Below are positions 1 through 11,585 of a DNA stretch of 64,000 bases, in pieces. Source of the stretch: Balamuthia mandrillaris (Eukaryota). The stretch lies in assembly GCA_031835245.2 (NCBI GenBank), contig JAVKOQ020000115.1:1-64000 (forward strand), in the 5' to 3' direction. Every line of letters starts with the position of its first letter. Position 1 is the first letter of the stretch. The notes beneath the pieces were generated by a model, which searched no databases, had not been told where the DNA came from, and saw only the letters and a program-made list of their open reading frames with translations. A program made the position numbers and the translations under genes.

Positions 1-55
1 CGCCAAAAATATTCCTGGAAATTTTTCGTGTGTTTATTTCTTTTTCTGTTCGGCA

Positions 56-3000
56 TCAAAACTCATCGTGGTGATCCAGGCTGCCTGAGTCCACAGCTGG
101 AACGTGCGAAGAAGGCAGGTCGTCTCCTTTTCCCTCTTCTTCTCCTGCATCGGGTGGTGATTCACTTTTGGAGTCAGTTACAGGTATCTTTGGTCCTCCC
201 TCATCATCCTCCTCAAGAATGATGTGCTCAGGCGGCAAGTTTTGATGGTACCGCCGCCAAATGGCCTGATAGCCTTGCTCTAAGTGTCGGACACGTGCTT
301 CACTGTCAAACAGCGGACTCTTGCCTCTGTGTTGTAGCAGATAAGCCCGCTTGTGGGCGAGGAGCAAAGGTTCGCGTGCCAAGCTCACCGCCATGAACTC
401 ATATTTGAGGCTGTCAGCGGCTATGAATTCGGTGGCGGGCAGAGCGTGCAAGATGCTCATCGTGGTTCGTGTGGCCATTGTTTTGTTGGCCAAAGTTAAA
501 ACGGGCACTCCCATCCATAAGAAATCGCTTGCTGTGTTGTGACCATTTTGTTTCCATGTCTTGAGTTTGAAAGGAACCAGAAGTCCAACGTTAACAAAAT
601 GAGAAGAACTTCCAACAAAGGAAAAGAAAAGAAAACGAGCAAAAAAAAAATGGGAGGAATGAAATACGTCTAGACACAGGTCAGCATGAGCGATTGCCTC
701 CAAATACTGCTCGGTTTCTAAATCGGGTACAAAATAAATCCTGCTTCTGTCGACGCCATGCATCTCCGCCTCGGCTCTCAGATTGTTGATGACGGTCTTC
801 TTCTTGGTCATTAGCCACAGGACGCCCTTTGGCACGCTATTTAGTATTTGCATCCACGATTGCCATAAATCTTTTGACAGGACAACTGGTAATGATCGTT
901 TTGATTAGTAATCGTTAAAGAACGGCTAGCGAGAAGAGCATAAACCGAATCAAAAAAGAACCAAGGGCTGATGAAACGTACCAGGATCATTGAAGTTTGC
1001 AAACACAAAAGCACGGTCAGGCAGCCCATACTGATGCCGGTTGAGCGTGATGCTGCTAGGTAGGTGGCTCCAATGATTCTTCAGGCTATTGAAAGAGTAC
1101 GTATCGGGCAGGTAGATTATCTTTTCTGAGTAATAGCTTTGATAGCGATCCGGAATGACCCTTTGGTCTGCTATTAAGTAGTCCACGAATGGAGTACCTG
1201 TCATTAGGGAAGAAAACAGAGCAGTTAACCTCTTTTCGTTTGATAACGTGTTGATAAGTATGAGATGCATCACCTGTGGTGTGAGGATGTCCCATATAAG
1301 CAACCTGGAGAGGAGCCGGTCGTAATGCAAGACTGCGTATTCGGTTTTCATTGCTTATGCCAATTAAGTCAACAAGTATGTGGATTCCTGAAGAGAGGAA
1401 AAGCCTTAACGAGGCAGGAAGACTATCAGCAGAGAAAAAAAAATAATGTACCGTGACTGGCAATGTTTTGGGAGAGGTTAACGTAGTTAACGTCCGGCAG
1501 ATGGATGAAATGCTCGCAATCTTTGGCGAATTTGTCATGCCAAGGGTCAATGTCTCGCGCGATCACGAAACAATGAACATCAAACAGTTCTCTGTCATGC
1601 AATGCGAATAAATCCAAGAGGGCATGACCTCCTCCTGCCCTCGTGAACGGCGGAGCCACATAGCCCAAACGAATTCTAGAGTGCCTGTTATAAACCCAGA
1701 GTAAGCCACAAATGCGGAGGGGGAAAGGGAGGAATAGAAAAGAATAAGCATCCACAAAGGAGTTGAAACGTGCCCTGCAAAGTTTCTAGGTGAATGAGAA
1801 AAGGGCAAGGTATTATCGCTGGTTGCAACGATGGGAGCAATATCTCCAACGATCATATGTGAATAAGCCGCATAGATGCGCAGCAGCTTGATAGGCGTTA
1901 GGCTGATATCCTTGTCGCAACAATGGACCAACAGCTTTGATGGATTCACTGCCAGTCCTCTCGACCCTTTGCTGTCTCCACCGACCTCTGGCTTCTTTCC
2001 ATCATCCCTGTTCTTCACGTTATCGTTGTTATCGACGGCGCTATGCATCAACGAAGGCAGTTCTTTGTCAATGAGCTTCATTAAAAGTGGGAGATAATGG
2101 TCCACTTGCTCCCAATCGCAAAGCGATAAAGAACCGTATGCGAATGAAGTGAGGGTATTGAGAAGAATGTCCTTCATGTCCTTTTCAGTAACGAAGGGAA
2201 AGATCGCGTTGGTAGGACCTGACATTGGTAGAGAAGAGGTGGTGGCGGAAGACGGGGCAAAGAGTTGAAGCTTGGAAAGATCGAAGAGAATATTACGAGC
2301 AGCAGCAGAAGGGCTGTCCTTAATTCCAGTCATGTTTAGCACGAGAGTTGTCCTGCCAGATGTAGGCGCGAGTGGAATCGAAAAAAATGTATAGAGGGCA
2401 GCCTTTACTTTAAATCGTTTGAATGCTGTGCTCTCCTGTCTCGCAATAGCCTGATGCTGTTGATTGTTTGAGCTTATTTCGCTATTGAGAGGTGTGCTCG
2501 CCACTGTTGTTGGATTTGATGGAGGTGCCACTTCTTCGTAGATATCGTTGCGGTTCTCCACATAACGGTATAAGTCTTCCACTGATACCACCGCCTTGAT
2601 CAAGTCCATGATGCGCGTTGTGAATATCTCCAACAGTCTCTTATAGTAGTGGATGGCCTCCTCCACGCGCTTCATAGTGGAAAAGAGGGAAGCCAGATTG
2701 AAATGAGCCAATACGTTATTTGGATCCGAAGCAAGAACCAGCTCGAAGGTCTCTCTGGCCTTGTCGGCATTAACTGCCATCAGGCAGGTCCCTTTGTTAA
2801 TGTAAAGCCCAACACTAGAAGGAAACCCAAGCTCTTCCGCTTTCTCGTATTGCATAAGAGCTTCATGTGGCTTATCAATTGCTGTTCGAGGTCACCAAGT
2901 TAGCGTGTATGCTATTACTGAGGGAAATGGGCAGAAGAACAATGTACCTGAGAGAGCATTTCCATAATTGTAAAATCGAGTGGGTTCAGATGGGTCAAGT

Positions 3001-3995
3001 ATAATGGCCTTCTTCAAGCTCTCTAGAGCTTCGTTGATGTAGCCTAGCTGCCTATAGATGAGTCCCAACGTGGCATAAGCGCTGGAATGGGAGGGATCAA
3101 CTTCCTCCACTATCCTCTCGCAATAGCGCAGCGCCTCCACTGGTCTGTCTAATCCACGAAGAGTTTTGCAGAGGGCGTGCAGGAGCGGCGCATCAGGGAC
3201 GTTCAGCGCATCTGCCTCAAGGAACGCTGCTAATGCTTCTTCCAAGTTGCCCGCTCTTCTGTGCGACTTGATTTTGGGTTAGCTTTGAGGAAAAGGATAA
3301 CAATTACATAAATGTATGAGAGAGCAGAGAGATCAGAGAGAAAAGTGAGAGAGAGAGAGAGAGAGCGCGCACGCGAGAGCGAGATGAACAAGAACAGGAA
3401 GAGATACCTCGCCTAGCATCTTGTACACGACAAAGACGTCGTGTTGGCTGTGGAGGCTGTTGGGGACCAGCATGATCTCAAGAGCCTCCTGAAAGAAGAC
3501 AGCAGCTTGCTTGAACTGATTTTTCTTGAAGGTGACTCTGGCCAACATCTTTGTGGCCTCCAACTTGCGGTGTGCAAAGAGAAAGTTGTCCTTCTGGCCC
3601 CACATAAAGGAAAGGTCTCGCAACACCTTTTCTGCCAAGGCGCTGGCCTCGTCCAGGCGATCCTTGCCAAACTCCAGCTCTGCTGTGGAGAGGAACGAGT
3701 CTATCTCGGCGATGCTCTTAGGGCTGGTGGACATGAAGATAACGTGGTCTCCATGGTCGGTTACTATCTCTGTGGGAGCGTTGGGGGAGGGGGAGTAGGC
3801 AGAAGCGGGAGTGAACGTAGAAGGTGCCGATGAAACTTTTTTGCGATGGTGGGTATGGTTGCCGGTTGTGCTGACCCGCTTTTTCCTTCGTTTGCCTTCC
3901 ACGGAGGGGCACACCACCAACAGAAGGAGAAACAGAAGGATGATGGCCGTTCTCCAGAGTCGTCTGCTTGGCACGACCCTACCAACCTCTACCAT
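56..3995 (-). CDS. TPR-containing GT41 (OGT/SPINDLY-like) glycosyltransferase with signal peptide and C-terminal HDEF; multi-exon
   Basis: TPR helices (AYATLGLIYRQLG, AHFNLASLF), GT41 motifs RIRLGYV, GIHILVDL, LRPAPLQVAYMGHPHTTG, DYLIAD, FVFANFN, NGHNTASDFLWMGVPVLTL, SPLFD; hydrophobic N-terminus; ends DHHDEF-TGA at 56-58. Confidence 0.85.
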
Positions 3996-4417
3996 GGCTG
4001 TGTTGTTGATATTTCTTTATGAAAAACAACAAAAAAAAAGGGGGGGAGGGAGAGGGGGGGAGCTGCAGTAATATGATCTCCTGCAGGAGCGAAGGGACGC
4101 GCCTCAGAAAAAATTTGTTTCTTCTGTTCATCGCTGACGTGGCCCTCCCCCCACCAAGATGCCAGCAGCACATTTTTTGGGTATCGTAGGGACACCTGAC
4201 CAACGTATCCGCGTGGGCATTCCTTTTTCCCGCTTGTAGAACAACAAGGGAACTAACGCCATTTTTTTTTAAACAAAAAAAGTGTTTCTTCCCGGTGGGT
4301 CAGCCATTTTGTGGTTGAAGTGTTTGTTCCGTTTGAGGTGAACATAGATATTTACATAGTTTTCCCAAGTGTCCTTTCGCCCAATTGTAGCCAAGACAAG
4401 TCTTCGATTCCAAAGTG

Positions 4418-5086
4418 TTACGTCTCTACCTTGCGCACAGTGGAAGCCGTGCTCGCTCGTGCCCGTATGTCGTGCACCGTTGCGCTTTTCTGAGTGTCCG
4501 AACTGCTTCGGGCCTTTCTTCTGTTCAGATAGCTGAACCGCACAGGAGGTTGCTGAGAGGGATCCTGTGGGGCAGTGGACGTCGTTCCTCGTCTGTTCTG
4601 TGCCGCTGCGGCTGAACCTCGTTGAATCATAGTGGCAGGTCTTTCGCTCGCCTTCTTCTTCGTGTGCTCCGCTTCGTTCTTGCTCTCTGTTTTCTCTTTT
4701 TCCGTCTCTTTTTCGTTTTGGAAGGAAGCGGTCCGCCTGACCTGTGGAGGTGAGTTGTGTTGGCCTTCGTACAAACTTCTAGGAAGTGCTCCTGTGGAGG
4801 ACGAGATCTTTTTCATCAAAGCCAACCGAGAACCTTCGTCTTCCGCTTCCTCCGCTTCTCGGTGTGCGTCCCCAGTGAAGCTACTGCTGTTAGTAAAGGA
4901 AGAGGAGCGACAATATAGATCAGGAGAGGAGGCGGAGAGGTTGAGACTGGAGAGTGTCTGTATAACAGCTTCCGAAGTAGCGTCCACCTCGTCGAATATG
5001 CCAGCCATAATGCGGTCCACCGTGCCACTGCGCTTTCTGGTAATCGTGGTGGCTGCGCTTCCACATGACGCTTCTTCTTCAGACAT
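4418..5086 (-). CDS. Hypothetical Ser/Thr-rich, probably disordered protein (222 aa, single exon)
   Basis: Open 222-codon ORF starting at ATG, flanked by AT-rich intergenic DNA; no recognisable domain. Confidence 0.6.
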   Translation of the reverse strand: MSEEEASCGSAATTITRKRSGTVDRIMAGIFDEVDATSEAVIQTLSSLNLSASSPDLYCRSSSFTNSSSFTGDAHREAEEAEDEGSRLALMKKISSSTGALPRSLYEGQHNSPPQVRRTASFQNEKETEKEKTESKNEAEHTKKKASERPATMIQRGSAAAAQNRRGTTSTAPQDPSQQPPVRFSYLNRRKARSSSDTQKSATVHDIRARASTASTVRKVET

Positions 5087-5564
5087 TTGTGTTTTTCAAA
5101 TCTTTTCTTTCTGCTGCTCCTTCTTCTGGTCAGGGCCAACAAAAAAAAAGCAGGGCCGTTCTTTTTGTCCTCTTCTTGCGTTGCTCTACAATAATACCAA
5201 AAAAAAAAATGTATGTTACCCTCTCCCTCGCGCTCCTTTTTACTATATTTGTTTGGTGTGGAATTAATTAATCACTTTCGTAGATTTTATTCAAGTAATA
5301 CATTAGGAGCGGACCGCGGAGGATTTTGAATTTCGGGAAACCAGCGCGCAATGCTCCAAGAAAGGTGGAACGCCGCGTATAAGCGGGGTTGTAAGCAAGA
5401 AAACGATCTAGGGATGGGCACACAGCAGGAAAGAACAAAGAATAAAATGATAGAAAACGCGAAAAAGTGAGGCTTTATCGGAGAATAAGGGAAGCAGCTA
5501 CATAATAATAATTAAAAAAGCGAGAAGAAGCAAAAAAAAAAGCATGGATACAAGATAGAAAGAG

Positions 5565-7057
5565 TTAGAAACCAAAAGGATCGAAGCTGCTCGAGGAAGG
5601 CTTGGTAGCAGACGCATTGGTGGTAGGCAAACTCTGCTGTAAGGAACCCATTCCAAACGGATCATTAGAGAACGATGACGGTGTCTGTGGTTTGGGAGCA
5701 GAAGAGGGCGTGGCAAATGAGCCAAAGTCTAGAAGAGAATTGGTTTTTGTTGAACTGCTGTTCGAAGTTTGGGAGGTGGCAGATGGAGCGCTGCTACTGT
5801 GGCCATTAGAGGCAGGCTTGGCTCCACCAATAGGCGACAAGTCTGCAAACACTGCAAAACAAATAAAATGAAAAAATAGGTACACAACACATCAGTGACA
5901 ACTAGCAAGCCAAAAAACAAAGTGGACATACGGTGTGATGTGGTATCCGCTTTCTTAGGAGCAGCAGTTGATGCTCCTGTAGAGGTGGGAGCTAACAAGG
6001 GAGAAGACACGGTTGGAGTGGTGTAGGGTTGTTGGTAGCCTGTGTTGTAGTATGGGTAGGTTTGCTGTTGCTGCTGTTGTTGGGCTGGAAAGGCAGGACT
6101 GGCAGCAGCATATGGTACCTGGGGATAAGCTTGTGGATAGCCCAATTGCTGAGTCATCATTTGCTGTTGCTGCATTATCCATTGTTGTTGCATTTGAAGG
6201 TAGGCTTGCTGCTGTTGTGGAGTCATCTGCTGGAATGCTATGTCATAACGAAGATTAAATTTGTATTAAATACAAAAAAAATACAACAACATCAAAAAAA
6301 GAAGCGTGTCAACGTAAAAGTCAAAAAACAATGCCATTCCGAAGGGTCATACCTTGGGGGGTAATTGCCTGGAATTGCATGTACTGTTGCGGCTGTGGAG
6401 GAGGCCAGATGCTGCTGACAGTAGTAGCGGAAGTAGTAGTGGATGGTGCAGGTGCAGAAAAGATGGCCTCCAGTCCGTTGGTTTGAGGGGAAGGAGCAGC
6501 TTGTACTGGTGTTGGTGCTGCAGCAGAAGGCGTGTTATTATCCCACACTAAGAAGGCATCAGCTGGGGGTTTGATGTCGGTCTTCTCTTTCTTGGTGCTT
6601 GCGTCTTCATAGTGGATGGGAGGAATATCGTTGCCAAGAATCTTTTGTAGAGGTTCCACCTTGACGGGAGAGGTATCTCCTTTTCCCTTACGAGACTTCT
6701 CTCTCTATATAGTTAATTATATTAGTTGATTCTCGCCTCTTTCCTCTCGCCTCTCGCCTCTCGCCTCGCTCTCCTCCCTCCTCTCTTCTCTCACTGTATA
6801 AATGAACAGAATGGACAAAGGGAGAGCAAACCCTCTCTCTGCGATTAGGCGAGGCAGCGCCAGAGCCAGTAGGCGAAACCTCCTTTGATTTAGAGTCCTT
6901 CCTGTACCACCGTTTCTCCAAATACTTGAGTTTCATAAACTCACGGACGCGGGCTTTGTCCGCAGAGTCTGGTTCTGGGTACTGATCGGAGGACCACTTG
7001 GCCAGCCAAATGTCTCTTGCTCGCTGGCAAGATAACAAAATAAGAACTTCAACGCAG

Positions 7058-7089
<32 letters not shown>

Positions 7090-7503
7090 AAACGAACTTC
7101 GTTGCCCATTTCTTGAAGGAACTCCACTTCCTCTGGTTTGAAAGTAGCCATGGAAATAGACTTGACCCTGTGGCCGAACTCGCGGCTGAAGAAAGAGAAA
7201 TGTCAGCGACAGTGGGTAAAATAAATAAAAAGAGAACAGAGGAACAGAACTGGATGCCGCTGCAAACTGGGCATACAAAAGTGCCAAATGTGGTGCAAGC
7301 ATAGAAGGGACCCTTTGTGTTCGTTTCTCGGTCAGTCACGGGGCCTCCCTTTGGGGGGGAAAAAAAAAAGGCGGGGAGGAGGCGAAATCAGCCAGTCAAA
7401 CCTTCTCAGTGCAGTCCATGCATTTTTTGTTTCCCGGAAGCTGCAACAGGTTGCGCAATATTTTTTGGTGTTTTTCCTCTTGCCTCTTGTTGCCAGCGCT
7501 CAT
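5565..7503 (-). CDS. ArfGAP-domain protein (AGFG/HRB-like) with Q/P/S-rich tail; multi-exon
   Basis: Spliced CMDC-x16-CPVC zinc finger, then HREFGHRVKSISMATF and FMKLKYLEKRW; tail with DPFG/DFG motifs ending FDPFGF*. Confidence 0.85.
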
Positions 7504-7869
7504 TCTTGTGTGTCCAGCTTGCTTGCAAAAAACCGAGCGTGTAAGGCCCTTCTCTCTTTAAAAGTCTCCTTACCTTTTGGCTTTTTGTCCCTCACCATGT
7601 TGTTTTTTTTTAGGACCGATCCTGAAGCCCAGATACGTCTACAAATAATCTTGCACAACGTTCTCCATGAAATTCTGTCCAAATCACTTCCCAATTCTCA
7701 TACTCACTCATCACAGAAATTTTTCCTTTCATTTCACTTTTTGTTTTTGTCGAATGGGACCCTGTTCCGTCTTTTTTGACTCCTCCGGCAGAAATTAGAA
7801 TTCTCCTCTCCTCTCTTTCTCCTCTCCCATTATTAGATTTCCAACCCGTTGACCTTTATCCGTGCCCCC

Positions 7870-8030
7870 GAGTTCCATTTGACCAGCCGCCGGAACGTTG
7901 GCACAAAGCCCTTATCGCGAGCATTGTCAACCCTTCTGCCAAAGCCTGGGCTCTTTCCCACCTCGATCTCCCTGGTACTCCGTGGACCTCGATAAAAGCA
8001 ATCTTTTCTAATCATTTTGTTCCGCATAGC
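7870..8030 (+). mobile_element. Retrotransposon gag-like fragment (degenerate)
   Basis: PPERWHKALIASIVNPSAKAWALSHLDLPGTPWTSIKAIFSNHFVP matches the Ty3/gypsy capsid pattern A-x2-W...W-x2-hK-x2-F-x3-F-x-P; no ATG start, pol or LTR seen. Confidence 0.45.
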
Positions 8031-8159
8031 TCAAACTTCGTTGCCTACGAAAGAGTAGCAGAGGGACCAGGAGGGGAGCCAGAGCGGGTAGCAGTAGCAG
8101 GAGGGTCATCGTCATCATCATCATCATGCACATCGTTGGGAGGGTCGTCAAAACCAAGA

Positions 8160-8291
8160 GGCTGAGACGTAGTATAGAGGAGGGCAAGCAATACTCGACT
8201 TTTGGCAAGTAAGCTTTTCTTATATCACTAATGGAGGGCTGCAGAAGTGCCCATCCACTTCCCATCAGCGCGTCCCCATATGGCTCCATTA
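8160..8291 (-). ncRNA. Putative omega-RNA scaffold of a Fanzor/TnpB element
   Basis: Nested inverted repeats starting at the RuvC-III stop codon: TAATGGAG/CTCCATTA (8229-8236 with 8284-8291) enclosing GCTG/CAGC and GAAGTG/CACTTC; second hairpin at 8186-8216; 3' boundary uncertain. Confidence 0.5.
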
Positions 8292-8411
8292 GGCAACAAG
8301 GTTCTGCAGAAGAATGTTGTGTGCTCCAGTTACGTCTCGATCCAGTCGTACTTGTGAGCTAAAACCACAAGTTTCCCCCACCGCCAACCACCTCTGTTCT
8401 TCTTCAGCCAT
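8289..8411 (-). pseudogene. Fanzor/TnpB nuclease C-terminal remnant (RuvC-III)
   Basis: 40-codon minus-strand frame MAEEEQRWLAVGETCGFSSQVRLDRDVTGAHNILLQNLVA*, resembling the TnpB/Fanzor terminus CG..DRDxN(G/A)AxNILL; RuvC-I/II not seen. Confidence 0.6.
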
Positions 8412-8891
8412 GACCAATCACGCAAAAACTGAAGAGGAAGAAGGGAAAAGAGTGAACACCCCACCCAGGCAAAAAACCACGACAAAAAGAGGGAGAGGGA
8501 AAGGAGCTAGCAGCCAAGGCAAGAAGCATGGTGATGTTCAGTATATAATTTCTCTGCTGGTTTCATGTGAAAAGGTTTCTAACAAAAAAAAAGAATAGAA
8601 TATTTTTGTTTTAAACGTTTTTTGTTATTCCACTAACAAAAGAGGAGGCCCATGAGGGTGCAGAAGGGCATGCTCGCCACCAGCAAGAACTGTCCGAGCG
8701 TTCCGTGGAAGTAGAGAAACAACGACATGGCAATTTGGAAGAGGAACAGGTACCAAGACTGCCTTTAACACCACTCTTTGTCACGATGAAAGCGAAAGAA
8801 AAAGTTACCAGTTCACTTTCAAAGGTTCGAGGACGGAAAGAAATGACGTGAAACAGAATAAAGAGAAAATTTCTTTGCACCAGTAAAACGA

Positions 8892-9239
8892 TCATCTGCC
8901 TCCCCTAAAGCCACCGCCACCCCGTCCTCCGCCTCCTCTTCCACCTCGGAAACCGCCTCCACCGCCACCGCCTCGGCCTCCTCGGAAGCCGCCGCCGCCA
9001 CCGCCGCCTCTGCCTCCTCTAAAGCCACCGCTACCACCGCCGCCGCGTCCGCCTCTAGCACCTCCGCCTCGGAAACCACCGCCACCGCCGCCGCGTCCGC
9101 CTCGTCCTCCTCCTCTGCTGCCACCACGGCCACCACCTCCTCTTGACTTGACGTTTTGCCTACAAGTAACCAGTAAACGCCATTAGGAAGCAGGATTAAA
9201 AAAGTTTTGGAGAGACAAACAGAAGTGAAAAAGACAGAG

Positions 9240-9273
<34 letters not shown>

Positions 9274-9904
9274 GTAGGAGAGGAAAGACGGAAGGTGAAT
9301 ATACCTAGGAGCTGGTTTCTTCTCTTCCTCCAAGAATTGCTCTTTTCTCAACAGAGACATGGGTCCCATGTATATTTTGTCTCCGACTTTAAAGGAAGTG
9401 GCCACAAAGCCTTCGTCGGGCTTCACGGTAAAGTACTGCGAAAGGCAAAAAAAGTGAGAAAAAAAGGATTGTGCAATGCAATAGAGTAAAATTGAAATCG
9501 TACACATTCGTTGACGGGACCAAAAATCTCATCAACTTTTCCAACTTGTTTTTTGTCCTCAAAGTAAACAGGGTGGTTGAATTTGGGTACTTTGTCATTA
9601 GGAGTCATTTTGTACACCATCTCGCCTTCGCAGGCGTGCGAGAATTGGCCCAGTTCTGATTTTTTGTTACGTTAATAAAATAGTGAGTGAGAAGGAGGAA
9701 AGAATCATGCGGAGCAAAGCTAGAGGAGAGCGCACCGATCACTTGGTCCGGTGTTTCAAAGAAGCCACCACCGCCACCTCTGCCACCACCACCCCTCCCA
9801 CGACCTCCACCAAAGCCACTGCCTCCTCTGTTGCCACCACGAAACCCTCCTCCTCGGCCACCACGGCCACCTCCGCCTCCTCTAGAACCTCCACGGAAAG
9901 ACAT
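8892..9904 (-). CDS. GAR1: H/ACA snoRNP subunit Gar1
   Basis: RGG repeats at both ends; core [28 protein letters not shown]...YFTVKP...FKVGDKIY. Confidence 0.95.
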
Positions 9905-10295
9905 TCGCAATTAAACGAATTTTTTTTGATGATAATCTCCACAAGCTGAAAGTGTCCACAATAATTGTGTGGTGCTTTGAAAGGATCGGGCAAAAGGGCA
10001 AAGAAGAGGATACGGGAAGGGGAAGGGAACAATAGACCGCTCACGGCAAGCAGGGAAGACCTTTCCCTTTCTTCTTTTCTTCTTCGGTCTACAAAAATTT
10101 CGGACATTGAACTTGGAATGTTTGGAATGCACGGAGTTTAGCAATAACCCTCGACAATAAGGAATGTCGGGAATGTGATTGGAAATATTTCTTAGAATGA
10201 TGAGGGTTAATCATTTCTGCTTCCCGCTTTTTTTTTGTTTTGCACTATTTGCTTTTGGCAGCCACAAAGACGAAAAGACTTACACCACCTTCACC

Positions 10296-11505
10296 ATGCC
10301 AAGAAAGAAGGAACAACTTGCGTCAGAAAGTCAAGATACCCAAGAGGAGGAAGAGGACGAGCAGGACGAGCAGAACGAGCGGATTGAGTTCGCCTACTCA
10401 GGTACGTAGCATCCGCCTTTTCTAATGCTCCTTTCATTTCCTGAAGCTCTCTCGCTCTTTCATAGATCAAAAAGAGGAGAAAGGGTTTGTAGCCTTCTTT
10501 CGTAGGTTGGAGCAGGACCGCTCCAGCGATGTAGTTCGTTTCTTTGAACGAAAAGTAGCGTAGTTCCCCTTACGCTGTTCTCTACTGTTATCACTCATCT
10601 GTTACTTTTCCTGGCAAACAGGGCCACAGCAATTATCGCAAGCTCTCCGTCCAACAGACATACTACACAGTGCATGGCGACAATGCTCTGTTCATTGCGA
10701 AGGACTACTACAAGACCACCTCAGCGATTACGTATCTCGGGGGTGGGGATCTTCCCTCCCAAAGCGTTTCATCCTCTTTGTTTGCCACTATTGTGCGGGA
10801 CCTACTGCTGAACAGGCGGCTACGCGTGGAGGTTTATGATACACTCCCAAGCTCTTCTCGTTGGAAGGTCCTCTTTCTTCCTTACCTCTTCCTGCCCACG
10901 GCTATCTGATGATAATGGTTCCAACAGCTGGCCAAGAAAGGTTCTCCTGGCAATGTTCATGACTTTGAAGACATCATGTTTGAGCAAAGCGACATGCAAG
11001 ATACAGCCATCACGATGGCCGTTCATTGCTCTCTTTCAAAAGACGGTACGCTGCGCATTGAGTGTAGTTGGTGGAAGTCAACCTACTAAAACGTGCCAAC
11101 TCCATAATGAATGAACGCATAGGGCACAGAGTTGTTGGTGTCTGCTACCTCGACATGCTTGCACGTACATTGCATGTGACCGAGTTTCTGGACGATGAAC
11201 ACTTTAGTAACCTGGAGTCGGTAATAGTGCAGATTGGTGCTAAAGAATGCCTTACAATGAACAACGAGGAGGAGAGCGATGATATTGCAGTGGACTCTCA
11301 TAGGCTTTCAGTCTTGTTGGAAAGTTGTGGAGTTATGGAAACCAAGGTCGCAAAAGGTATAACTTCAAACTGTTAATGGTCATTTACCGGATCGGAGCAT
11401 TCATTCTGTTGTCTTCTTTGCAGGCGATTATTCTGTCAAAAACTTGGAACAAGACTTGAACAATTTGTTAGTTGTTCCACCGTTGAAACACAACTACAGT
11501 TTGTG

Positions 11506-11585
<80 letters not shown>

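Noticed and set aside
8008..8289. 93-aa minus-strand ORF MEPYGDAL...
   Set aside because: Runs through the structured RNA-like segment and a (GAT)n repeat; no protein-like features
8418..8729. Possible two-exon hydrophobic ~59-aa gene on the minus strand (MSLFLYFHGTLGQFLLVASMPF...)
   Set aside because: Splice choice is arbitrary and T-rich DNA gives hydrophobic peptides by chance; no motif support
8900..9145. GC-rich repeated units resembling a repeat array
   Set aside because: These are the RGG codons of GAR1; there is no repeat-spacer structure, so not CRISPR-like
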